64,000 nucleotides of DNA from Ascidiella aspersa (taxonomy: Eukaryota), in the NCBI GenBank assembly GCA_963924565.1, contig OZ004612.1, positions 14,570,001 to 14,634,000 of the forward strand. The letters run 5' to 3'. A model generated the notes under the pieces. It ran no database searches, was not told the origin of the DNA, and was given only the letters and a program-made list of their open reading frames with translations. This document shows, piece after piece, positions 40,601 to 51,300 of the stretch (within the stretch, counting starts at the first letter, position 1; each line of letters starts with the position of its first letter). Position numbers and translations under genes: made by a program.

Positions 40601-43600
40601 TTTAATACCTTTCACTTTCAGTTGATTAAATACGTACAGCCACCAATTTTATATTCTACATATTGTTTTTTATTCTTGTTGCAGGGAGAACACAGCTCTT
40701 CGTTTGGGAATTGAAATTGGTTACGTTCTGCTCCCCAACAATAATCGTTTTCACTTTGAAGATAGCTTTACAATAGACGCGTTTGTAAACTTAGATGCCA
40801 TGCTTAGCAATAGCACGCAACCGATTATTTGTACTAGCGATGGAATGATCTTATGTCTGGCAATAGTGAACAGGTTTTTCCTTCGTTAACTTTTGACAAC
40901 CATATTAATGTAAAAGATTTGAAAGGATGGAAAGGTTTAAATTATCTAAAAAACGTTAAAGTATGAAATACCAGTTTATTACGTGGGTAAGCTATAGCAC
41001 GTTGTTTGTGTTTACAACAACAACAAAACGAAGTAAATGTTTATGTTTTAGAACACTTGGCGTTTCATTTGGATCAAATGTAACCGATCCTAGCAAGAAA
41101 CCGTATTTCCTTGTATCTGATATCCCAATAGTTTCTGGCGCATGGCATCACGTAACTACAAGATTTGATGCATCTGCTTGTGAATTAAGCGTCCTATTGA
41201 ATGCAACAAATAAAGCAACACTGTCTAACGTCGAAAAATTTGAATGGGTAAGAATGACGTTGTTTTCAAACTTGCTAACAAAAAGTTCGCTGTAATTACT
41301 ACATTGTCCAACTAGAATTGTTTCCAGTTTCTATGTATGGGTTAGATAACTGATTCTTGCGGAATTTTATATTACTTTTATCTTGTCTAAGGCAGGTGTA
41401 GAAACAACGAGTGCCAATAATTCTATGGGATGCGTAAGATATTTTGCAATTGATAATCCTAGATAATTTTATCATTACCCCTCATGTCAGAAGATATTAT
41501 ACGCTGTCGATAGATTAATAAAGGCAGCTTCAGTCTTCCTTGTTTCAAACCCTATTTAAATGTGTGTTGTTCACGCTAATGCTTGATCTGTAATGTTACG
41601 TTTCAGTCTAAACCAGCTTGTTCCGGTGGAATGTTTCCGTTTAGGAGTGGGTAATTTTGTTTAAGGTGGTGCGCTCTATAGGAGCTTAATTACATCGACA
41701 GCAGAGAAGTGAGATCGGCCTATAGCTTGATGTTTGTTTTTATGGTTTTCGAATTAATTGCAGGGTGGCAATATGTTAATCGATGCTCATGTGTATTGAT
41801 CTATGTTGACTGTATAGGGAAAGTCGTTAGAACTATGCGAGACACTGGGACCGGTTCTGTGTTGTTGTTCTTTGATATGAAACATAGTCTGGGGTGTCTT
41901 TTTTCTATCTTGCTGATTTAAAGTAGTGATGGACGGGGTGTGCCTGGGGTTAGGTCAATCTTTGGGTGGCCCTGAGTTTTTATCGCCTTTCAAAGGGATT
42001 AATGCACACAAGCCTCCACACGACTCAAACATGTTTACCTTGGTCGTAAAGGAGCTGCAGTAGTTGAATCAATTCAAAGTGGCCAAAAAATGATAGTGAC
42101 GTCTTTCCACAACATTCCACGAAGTATATAATTCAATTAATTGATTTACACCCCCCTTCAACCGAGACTATCGTCTATCATTTCTACCTAAACAAACACA
42201 CTTGCATTTACCACATGCAATAGAATAGAATCTACTACAAACTATGCTTTTTACACGCCTACATCTTACAGTTGAGCGCGTCGTCACGCCGGTTTTCGTC
42301 ATAACCGCAAGGGGTTTCGTTACGGTTTTGTAATTCCGTCAACACAGGCTTTTTGTACGGGATTTTGTCTCGGCGTTGCAAAAACATTTTCCAAACAATT
42401 ATTATCGCGCTTCGATGAAAATTACAAAACAGAACGTTTGACGACACACCCGTCACTATAATCGGAGCTTATATGGACATTTATTTTTTCCAAACGACTT
42501 TTAAGAAATGGTGATTTGCTATATATAAAATTATTGCAACAATTAACTTTGCGAAGACTTCACGTTAAATAATAATCGCTTCCCAAGTAAATAAATGGAG
42601 TTGTATATACTTAGATCGAAAAAAAAAACGTTTCCCGATGAATTCCCGGTGTCCCAGTGCTTCTGGGAAATGTCTTGTGACCACCTAGTGCAGGGATTGC
42701 GAGCCACTGTCCGCGGGTTTGTAATAACCCACTTAAATATCGAAGGGATGTCAATCATTTTCATGAAAGGATTAATGTAAAACAACAGTTCTCCGTTAGA
42801 TAGAAATATACTGTCCAGAACAGGGGGTCGTGCAAAAGTGTTTTAGGGTGACAAGCAGGGGCGCCCGCAGAAAATTTTCCAGGGGGGGACAATCAGGGGC
42901 GTAACCAGAAAATCAAAAAGGGGGGTCCTGAATTTTCAACTTCGAGAATTCCCCTATTTTTCGTCTGACGTTTATGAAAAATGACGTCACAAAACAGTGA
43001 CAGCATGACGTCATAGAATGGTGATTGCAAAACGTGATAAAAAAACTAATCAGAAACAGCCAAATACGTCCAGTAAAAGCGACCACGTGCGTCGTCGACA
43101 ATCCTGTCAGGCGCCAGCTGCGAAATCACGATGTGCAATCGTTAACATTAAGAAAAAAACAAACCAAGACCGTGAAATATGTGTGATTAATTGTGGTAGG
43201 ATCACACATATTTCGACTATCAGCAGCGCAAGTTTCAAGTTCCATGAACGGAACGAGCGCTAAATTACAAGCACGTCTTTCTCCACCTGCAATACTAAAA
43301 CTAAGATTGTTTTTTCCGGGTGTTATTATGCCTCGATTAGCGCAACATCTGCGCCAAGCTGTGTGCAAAGTCAGCTAAATTACAAGCTGCGGCTGAGGGG
43401 AAATAAGTTGTGTTTATTGCACACTTAGCACGTGGTCTTAGAGTACAGTATGCTAAAAGAGCATAATTTTGCGTTAAACATCATTACTTAAAAATGGATA
43501 CTTTGAAACGCGCACGACAGTCACCATTATACCTCCTTTTAAGAATCTGCTTCAGTTAAATGGCGATGTTACACCAACATCGGATATTCGCGCAGAGAGC

Positions 43601-45763
43601 GAACAGCGAGGAACTTACTGCGTATAACTCGACGTTTTTTAGCGATAAAAAAGGGAAGAAGGTTTGACTTAGCGTTGTCAATTGTCGAATACACACTTGC
43701 AAATCAGTCAACCTAAAGTAACGAAAGAGAAAACTTCCAGCGTTTACGGTCGACCAAACAAAAAACAAAAAACGGCGTTTTGCTTTCGATTTTGGTTTCG
43801 CATTAGATTAAGGTGCGTGACCCAATTACTTAAAAAGCACGCCGCTTCAAACAGTTTGTTAAACCATGACAAAAACGAACAAAAAACGATAATATCACTT
43901 ACAAAAAGGGGGTAAGAACTCCCGCCCACCTGGATACGCCATTGGGGGCAATGTATAATGGATAATATTTTAAACCTTCGTAAGTAATACATATTACACT
44001 TATAAAACTAATAATCGCATTTTGAAATTCCAGGGGGGGCAACCCCCCCCCCCCCTGCGGGCGCCCATGGTGACAAGTAGATTAACTGCACTTCAACAAA
44101 TATGCGCAGAAAAGCAGACAACTTAAAGCATTTTATTTATCGAGGGTGGCTATCCTTTAAGGAAAATTTAAAGTTCGCAGACTAAAACTTGACTAAAACT
44201 TCTAAAAACCCTGGTTAAACCAACAAACCAAGCCAAAAAGCTTTCTGCTGACTTCCTATTTGCCAATAAAAAATGCTACTGCCTTTGTTAACTATTTAGC
44301 TTCTTAATATTGTTGAGTATCTGAATTTGGAAATCGTCCATAAACCTTGAATTACGAACCCAGAAAATAACACTTAAAACGACGCGGCAGCAGAGTTTCG
44401 CATAAAATTAGCAAATAATTAAATATATGACCCAGCACTTGTGCATTTTATAAAGATAAACGTCGTGTTTGTGACCCGCGCGATGAAAAGGTTCGCCATC
44501 CCTGACCTACAGTGCTCCATTGTTATGATCAGCGGATATTCGGATAACGACAATGTAATAAAATAACATTTTTCTTAAAACCCAAAATTTCTTATTACGA
44601 ACAATAAAATTTCATGTAGGCCTAATTAAGTTGATTGAGTCTATATAAAACCGAGTCGAACTTATTCCAAGTAGCTTTTATGTCGACAATATTTTTGTTC
44701 AATATTTTGCAGGCGATATACTGCTACATGCTGGATAGGTCAGTTTGACAGTAAAAAATAATTATATTTTGAGGCCCGTTAACGCAATAAAAAGGCCTGT
44801 ACATGAAATGTAGACTAATTATCAATTTGGAGATTAATTAATGTTAAAAAAATTCAGAGTTAATTAAGTTAAAATCCACTATATATATAAAACATTTTTA
44901 AGATTTAACGTCCGTGCTAATTATATGTGTCTGCTGATTACACCTTAATGGTAATAGATCAGATAATCGAATATGTTTCAATCAGGCAGAACTATCTGGC
45001 AATCGATCATTGCGTTTTGCTATTGGTTGGGATGGAACCAAACATTTCCAAGGAATGATCGACGATGTAAGAATCTACGATAGAGCGCTGGGTGATACTG
45101 AAATTGCCGAACTTCTCACAAAAACTGGCCTGACGCGACATATGTCCCAAAAAATATTGACAGGTATAGATCTAGGTTACATAAGATATTTTTTTATCCT
45201 GCCACTAAATAGGCTAATTAACAAATACAGCACCTATAAGGTATATCAAATTTACAATGGACAACATTTATAGCGTCATATTTGTTTCTTTATATAAACG
45301 TTTTTGTATTTTTTGTTTGTTAATAAAACGAAACCATTGGACATGCTATCCTTGCTAGTTTTGACTTTAATTTCTGTTACAAAGTATGATATTAGCCTAA
45401 TTTTTTTTTTAAATTGAACTCGAATTTCGGAGTTATTTGAAATCATGTCGTGATTTAATTTAACGCTAATTTTAGTGATTTGACACAAGTCCAATAGCAT
45501 ATCAAAAAAAGACCTCTGCAATCGAAGCTGGGCGTCATATGTCATTTTTCGCCTTTTTAAAATAATGAGAACAAACTTCGACAATCATAAGGCAATACCA
45601 ATTCGAGAAACCATTTTAAGGACATTACGATATGAATCACCATGATTACACATCCAAGACGCTAAGGGACAGAAGCCAATATAACAATGATGGTGAACTC
45701 ATTGGGAAGACAAGCTTTGGAGCAAGCTTTGCCGACGTGGCCAGATTTGAAATAACTGGCTAA
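7606..45763 (+). CDS. Mega-thrombospondin-like giant ECM protein, ~61 exons, ~3,000 aa (LRR-FN3-fibro-slime-cadherin-discoidin-Cys-rich-EGF-TSP3-TSP C-terminal-LamG)
   Basis: Chain of phase-compatible exons joined by GT(GC)-AG introns, from 7961 to stop TAA 45761-45763, with recognisable domain motifs throughout. LRR + cadherin + TSP C-terminal region matches the described mega-TSP family. The 5' start is uncertain (see findings). Confidence 0.88.
7961..19271 (+). CDS. Leucine-rich repeat exons of mega-TSP
   Basis: Exons 7961-8104, 8806-8871, 10671-10739, 11021-11095, 11266-11337, 11690-11761, 12117-12188, 12266-12487, 12630-12764, 12905-13072, 13155-13226, 14609-14765, 15372-15556, 15909-16026, 16128-16317, 16768-16952, 17329-17523, 17739-17819, 17889-18043, 19068-19271. 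LxxLxLxxNxI motifs ([32 protein letters not shown]); many are ~72-nt phase-2 modules. Confidence 0.92.
8174..8649. mobile_element. hAT (Charlie-like) MITE in mega-TSP intron
   Basis: 3' end AAGTTTGAGAACTACTG; TSD-like ctatagag/ctgtagag. Confidence 0.55.
18047..18900. mobile_element. Foldback-type transposon with long inverted arms built of AATGTGCGCACATT repeats
   Basis: Inverted arms (ttttgcacaatgtgcgcaaaaatgtgca.gccaaaatgtgc at both ends), internal tandem repeats, central (AGTTGG)n; flanking 8-bp direct repeat TTCAGGTG at 18039-18046 and 18901-18908. Confidence 0.85.
19916..20354. mobile_element. MITE of a dispersed GACTTGACTT-rich family (relatives at ~22725-23083, ~35760-36390, ~53850-53992)
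   Basis: Termini CAGTGATGTAA...TTACAACACTG; repeated internal GACTT/AAGTC motifs shared between the loci. Confidence 0.6.
20530..23441 (+). CDS. LRRCT cap and FN3-like domain interrupted by a Cys/Ser/Thr-rich insert
   Basis: Exons 20530-20658 (LSCN|CDM...KC...LC), 20849-21013 (ELSLTWSQP), 21412-21548, 21643-21724, 23257-23441 (SYSVKC...[18 protein letters not shown]). Confidence 0.75.
23862..25454 (+). CDS. Fibro-slime (PA14-related) domain exons of mega-TSP
   Basis: Exons 23862-23985, 24072-24212, 24468-24557, 24736-24911, 24991-25085, 25325-25454 give [79 protein letters not shown]...SEFLFET. Confidence 0.8.
25518..28685 (+). CDS. Thr-rich linker and two cadherin-like repeats of mega-TSP
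   Basis: Exons 25518-25637, 26350-26470 (LPENMEVG), 26700-26860, 27031-27161 (LDFE), 27339-27553 (DTNDNCP; AVDVD), 27919-28015 (VAYDSGSP), 28556-28685. Confidence 0.85.
29197..31859 (+). CDS. Discoidin / coagulation factor 5/8 C-type domain
   Basis: Exons 29197-29402 ([10 protein letters not shown]...ARLN...AW...PWIE), 30446-30596 (IATQG...SNDGVNW), 31572-31859 (RGNDD...[24 protein letters not shown]). Confidence 0.92.
29669..29879. mobile_element. Small inverted-repeat element (MITE)
   Basis: cctaattggccagaataa / ttattcaggccaattagg inverted pair. Confidence 0.5.
32138..34976 (+). CDS. Cys-rich CxxCPxG repeats (ephrin-receptor-like/TNFR-like) and TSP-type EGF domains
   Basis: Exons 32138-32322, 32732-32887, 33732-33806, 33879-33977, 34064-34209, 34529-34738, 34827-34976; [36 protein letters not shown]. 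Confidence 0.9.
33055..33469. mobile_element. MITE with ~60-bp terminal inverted repeats
   Basis: gataaagattaaactaa...gtaaaccgaaaatc..tttgtttag versus its reverse complement at 33411-33469. Confidence 0.75.
35526..38718 (+). CDS. Thrombospondin type-3 calcium-binding repeats
   Basis: Exons 35526-35741, 36691-36859, 37497-37671, 38037-38215, 38561-38718; [48 protein letters not shown]. Confidence 0.95.
37920..38010. repeat. 34-bp tandem repeat (~2.5 copies)
   Basis: tatccatcaatacagaacggcattttctatagtg repeated just upstream of the exon at 38037. Confidence 0.85.
39112..40322 (+). CDS. Thrombospondin C-terminal L-lectin domain
   Basis: Exons 39112-39345, 39512-39663, 40158-40322; [59 protein letters not shown]. 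Confidence 0.95.
40685..45763 (+). CDS. C-terminal LamG/ConA-like jelly-roll domain and terminal exon of mega-TSP
   Basis: Exons 40685-40873 (SFTIDAFV), 41052-41247 ([11 protein letters not shown]), 44986-45163 ([20 protein letters not shown]), 45621-45763 (GHYDMN...[15 protein letters not shown]...stop). Confidence 0.85.
41400..41960 (-). mobile_element. Decayed non-LTR retrotransposon reverse-transcriptase fragment
   Basis: Minus strand reads, with stops and frameshifts, SSYRPISLL...[27 protein letters not shown], typical LINE RT motifs. Confidence 0.75.
42856..44069. mobile_element. hAT MITE (outer)
   Basis: TIR CAGGGGCGCCCGCAG / CTGCGGGCGCCCATG; perfect 8-bp TSD GTGACAAG. Confidence 0.9.
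42894..43944. mobile_element. hAT-type non-autonomous element nested in the outer MITE
   Basis: TIR CAGGGGCGTAACCAG / CTGGATACGCCATTG; TSD gggacaat/ggggcaat. Confidence 0.8.
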
Positions 45764-47334
45764 AACTTATTCACTTTGTTTTTTGGTGGCTGGTGTTTTA
45801 TGTTTTCTTCATTACCTTGCAGTGTTGTATTATTGTATATACCGGTACTCGATATATTTTTCGCTAACGAAGTGTAAGTTTATTTGGGGATTTAGCAAGC
45901 AGCTTTAATAATATATGCCCCTAAAAACTTTAGCTGCAAATTATGGAAGGTAATTAGCCTACCGGTGATATAACTGTGAATTCTTAAACTATACCCAAAT
46001 AAGTAGGCTAATTAACAAAGTAGACAAGTAACGAGCTATGCATTTTGATCACTAACATAAAATGTTGTATCGTCTCGTATCAAATTAAAAGATAACTTAG
46101 AAGTAACTTATATAGCGCACCTTTTTTAAATAAAGTAGGCCTATGTTTAAAATAATCTTTCCTGTGAACATTTTGTTAGTATGCTAAAGCCGTGTGTCTT
46201 AACCGATGATAAGGATTGTGTCACGTTGATATTTAACCTATATAATTATTGTACGCATCGTGTCAATTTCGGTTTACTATATAATTCGGACGCGTTTTTG
46301 GTGCTATTATAGCTTGGCATAAAACAGTGTTAGATCAAGCAAGCTTTGTTTGTAACGTCGTAACATTTAATTCACCCTAAATGTTTTATTACATTGGGCT
46401 ACATGATATTAATTTTGCGGTCATCGATGAATGTGTACAGCCGTAAATTGAAAATGCGACCATATGCTTTTTACGGCCAATCGTATATGATTGCTTTCCG
46501 CAAAACATTTAAGACTTGTAAGAATTATCAAGTTATAAAAATATAGGGTATATGGCAAACATACATATTAGCCTCACAGAAATACAAGTTTAGCAACTGT
46601 AACTCATTCTGACGTGTGTGAAGCGTTAAATATAAACAGTCTACATTAAAAGTGACTTACAAAAACAAATAGTTTTTTTCCGTTAGCAGTAGTAGTTAGA
46701 CGAAGAAAAAATAGGCTAAAAACATGAGCCTTGTTTGTCGAGTAGTTACCACAATAAACAGTCCGACACCTTACGTTATGCATGTATTTATTTACACATA
46801 GCAAATACGGTCACTGAAATGGTTAACATTGTTTGTTATTATTGTGCATGTACAAGCTACGGCTAATCAAGTTAATAGTTTGTAAAGTTGAGACAGTCAA
46901 CATAGAAGTTATTTACGAAACGGTACTATATACTGTAATACCAATACTTTTTAATTCACTAGAGTGCAAAAAAGAGGCATATTAAACGGTTGGAAACTAA
47001 ATTAAGGTACATGTGTTCAAAATACCAGTGGGCATAAACAAATAAAAAAAAACAGGATAACCTTTTTCATTTATTAGCAAAAAGTTTTATGGCGAGATAA
47101 ATTAAAAAAAATTTGCTTACGGCTTATATATGCTATATTTACAATGACCAATTTGGATAGGTGATATAATGATGGGCGTGAATATTGTTCATTTTTTTTA
47201 ATGACAACGACTAAAGTCAGTTTATATAGGTGTATAGCCGAAAGTCACATGATATTTTGCAAAGCATGAATAATATTGAGAAGCAATTGATTTTGGTTGG
47301 AAATATCTTTGTTCTATCATTTCTGCTTTGTTGA

Positions 47335-48966
47335 TCATTTAGCTGGGGAAATCCATATCTCGTTGTGGCGAAAGAGCAGTTTCATTGGGCTGTCATATCC
47401 AGCATACCACAATACATTTGTCTGCAGTTGATCTTTTAAAATGTTATTTTCTTCCAATTCTTTCATTAAATCATTGCCATGTTGAATCATATTATTGTAG
47501 TTAGCATAGCCGCCAAATTTTCTGCAATGCAAAAATATTGCTGTTGTGCACAATACCAGCAAATTATTTTGCTTACAATAAAACTGATTGCAATTTGGCA
47601 CAGAAGCACATACTACAACAATAAAATAAATTGGACCATATAATTATACATCAAAGGAAAATATTTATACATGAACAGGACTAACTTGACATAGAACACA
47701 GAAGAAGGACGCCGTATAATTTTCACAAGAGGGTCATTTGGCGTAGGAACATTGTGCTGGTGTGCATGCGGAATAAAGAACGACATGATAAACTTGCGTT
47801 TGCAGAACAAACACTCACTGGCATCCATTTCTACAGTCACTGGAATAGTCATGTCCAACTTAACACCTGGACAATAAAATAAAACATGGTTCAGTTCTTC
47901 CTGTAAACCAAGATTAAGGTTAATTTATAGGGAAGTGTGAAACCAAAGTTTTGTTAAACTCCAGTTAAATGGCGGGGACATGGAGCCATGATCATCCTTA
48001 TATATTTTTTTTAAGGACAAAATACTAACTTTCTATGGCCTAAAATTTTACAGGGTTTCTATAGGCTAAAACTTCACAAACTGAACAAACACACTAATTA
48101 TATAATTGTTTGGTCTGTTTTGAGATATTTGACTATAACATACTGTTGCATGCTAATCAAACGGACATGTTTGGACCTTTTTTATACTGTTTATGTATTT
48201 TTTAAGAAAACTTAAATTCTTTGAATATTAAGGTAAACTTTTAATTTTAAGTAAAACACACATGTATTTTGTGATTGTTTGACATTTAATTTGGTAACTT
48301 GCAGAGGATATGTTTGATAAATACTGTCAAGTTTTAACAGCACAAATGTTTTGAGACGTCTGAACAAGAGCAAATGTTCTTCTGGGATATTAGGATGCCA
48401 TAGCAAAATAAAACTAGCAACTTAGATACAATTCCACGTATAAGACTGATTACACAATTTCATCAATGACAAAATTTACATATATTAATATTAATAACAG
48501 CTATTTTTAACAAAATGCTAAAACCTCCAACGTTACTCCCAGAAATGTATTTAAAAAGTCTCATAAACGTGTCCCTTCGTACATCATCAAAATTAAATGC
48601 ATAAGCAGTTGTGCTGACCCAGTTTGCAGCAGGATAACTTCGTTCCTCATATGAACCATTCTAAATAAATTGTAATATATTATAAAAAAGGACATAATAA
48701 TTATGATGTGACGTTAATTATACCATAAAATTATTTTTATATATGTTAAACCCTTTAAAAAACTGCAAAAGGACTTAAATATTATGAATAAGGTGTATGC
48801 TATTGTTAACATGAAATCACGATTCAGTCATGGCTGCAGAACCATAACTTAAAATCAGATATATACTTACTGTAGGTATTGCTGTATAATTCGGAGCATC
48901 ACTGTTGCCTAATATACTTTTTGCAAAACATAACATCAGCAACAATAAGACTCCCGCTGAATGCAT
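47335..48966 (-). CDS. Secreted SOUL/heme-binding protein (HEBP2-like), copy A, 4 exons, 199 aa
   Basis: Exons 48966-48871 (MHSAGVLLLLMLCFAKSILG signal peptide), 48660-48525 (YEERSY..NWVST...FMRLFKYISGSN), 47866-47686 (MTIPV...MSFFIP...PTPNDP), 47521-47335 (FGGYA...YAGYDSPMKLLFRHNEIW). Confidence 0.92.
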
Positions 48967-49929
48967 TTCTTTGTCTACAAAAAAACAAAAACTGAATTGT
49001 GTGAATAAAATTCATCTTTTTAAATACTTGGTGTAGAACAGGCAGTTAATCCAAACCCAGAGATTTTGATTGGAAACTTTTCTGGTATCAAATTAGGTCA
49101 ACAATGTTTGCTATTTGGTTAACGGCTGAATATACTTTAAAACAGGCCAAACAAAATACTAGTAATAGAGCAGCTATATAGGCTATGCAAGTATCACTAT
49201 TTAAATTTAAGGAATATTATATAAACTTACATGGACCTTAAAGGTAGGGTTATTTTCCTGATTTACTGGTTGTATACAACAGATTAAAATACGCACTGCA
49301 GTTCAACGTTATTTTGGGACGTTTAGCTTTGCGGACATCAAGCAAAGCATTATAAACTTTCTTTGCAATTTGCATTTTTTTTTGCTATGGTTTAACCCCC
49401 GACCTTAATCCATTAATTATTACATAACAAAACAAGTGTGTTATATAACCGACGAAGATTTTAAAACGTCCCACAATGTTCATAGTCGAACAGCATAGAA
49501 ATCTTAAATCACATAAACAACATAAAAATAAATTTGTTAAAAGCAGTACAAAAATCTTGGCAGTTTAAAATTCTCTTGTGCCATTCGTCCAGGTAATAGT
49601 GATTAGACTAAACTAAAATATATACGTTTTGCTCGACAAAAAAGTATTAAACTTCAAACTGTGCTCTCCAGTAAAAGTTGAATTTAAAAAGGTTTGCCAG
49701 AAACTTGTAGCATGTTAAGCCATAATTAATGTATAATTACATATTGTGGAATTTATCGTATTGCGTATTTCAAAATTTGTTGCTGTTGCACGCTTTTAGG
49801 CGCCGATAGAAATTGCAAAAACACCGCTTAGCAAAACTTCCGGCTTGAGCCCTGAGACCGCTTACCAAAAAACTTCCGGCCGTAAGATATTAATCACATC
49901 CGCAAGCCCACCTATTTTACTCTCGTACT

Positions 49930-51300
49930 CAGGGCCGGATTAACATAGTGGCAGCTGCTACGGGCCCCGCGCTTCACAAGGCCCTGCGCTTGGTGAGCCA
50001 ACATTGTTTGTTTTTTGGGCAAAAAAATGTCGAACATAGTTGGTAAGAAATTTTTGGCTTGAAAACTGGAATGGCATAGGATAATATTATAGTTGTAACT
50101 TGTTAGTTTAAACTACTAGTCCCGAAATATTGTCCCTTCCTAATTATTGTAAACTTTAAAAACAGTAATTTCCACTGGAGGCAACTACCTTGATCGAGTG
50201 CTTCACGAACACAATAATGTGACCGCTACTTTGGAAATACTTCGACACATTTCAGCCTGTATACCAAGAAGTGTTAACTATTAAGGCCCGTTTACACTTC
50301 AGCTGCACTGGGCGTGAAGTTGTTTTCACTACAGCTGCAGTGAGCTGCGCTGGGCGTAAAAATCGCCCCAAAACGTAACGTGTTTGAATAGCTGCACTGC
50401 GGGCTTGAGTTTAGCAAAGCGTGAAAATCGCTCCAAAGCGTAACTTTAAGCTAGCTGCAGCTGATGCACGGGGCTTGAGTTTAGCAAAGCGTGAAACCTT
50501 CGCCACATTAGAATTTTAATGCAAATTACGCTTTGCTCAGCTCAGTGCAGCTGTAGTGTAAACGGGCCTTTAGTTTCGCTTTGACTTGGTTTCCCAATCG
50601 CACAAAAAACACTCATGTTAGCTCGCATTTTTCTTACATCGAACGCTCTGCTTTAACGCAGTAAACATCACGCCACGTTTAAGGCATTGTGACGTAATAC
50701 GAACGGTTTTAGTCGTAATAAGTTTAATATGGCATTTTTTATCTGAAAAGAATGTTAAATACCACTGTTAGATACTAATTGTAACAAGGGCCACGATGCT
50801 AGTCCTAGTTGTTAAAGAGAACATTCGAGGGATTGACAGCTTCGCATTGGATTTATACTATTTCGTGATTGAGACAACTATAGCACCTTTTGTACTAATA
50901 GCCAGCTGGTTGAATGGTTGGGTGTCAGCCGAAGGACTACAGTAATTTCTATTGCCATTGATTGCTCCTCTCCAGAACTCAACTATTTTACTTTGATCAA
51001 AGAAAACAATATTGACACCACGTTTCCTAACAATGACAATTTGTTACGTATTTATCTATGTATGATGGTAACTAATTTTACCGAAGAGAGATCGTTTTCA
51101 AAATTGAAGTTAGTTAAAAACTATCTGCGAAACACAATGGGGGAAGAGCGGCTACACTATTTAACTCTTTTGAATATTGAAAATGACGTTCTAAATTCAC
51201 TAAGCTCATCCGAAATAATTACCAAATTTGCAGAAATCAAAATGCGTCGAAAAGACATTCAAATAATATTGTTGAATTTTTATATTTCTTGCAAATAAAA
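49930..51300 (+). mobile_element. Degenerate hAT transposon with transposase C-terminal dimerisation remnant
   Basis: 5' end CAGGGCCGGATTAAC; the ORF at 50918-51298 contains FPN...LLRIYL...ERSFSKLKLVKNYLRNTMGEERL..L.LLNIE. Confidence 0.85.
50284..50569. mobile_element. PIF/Harbinger (Tourist-like) MITE
   Basis: TIR AGGCCCGTTTACACT.CAGCTGCACTG / CAGTGCAGCTG.AGTGTAAACGGGCCT; TTA TSD. Confidence 0.9.

Noticed and set aside
43018-43992. Overlapping short ORFs inside the nested hAT element
   Set aside because: No transposase motifs; non-coding internal sequence.
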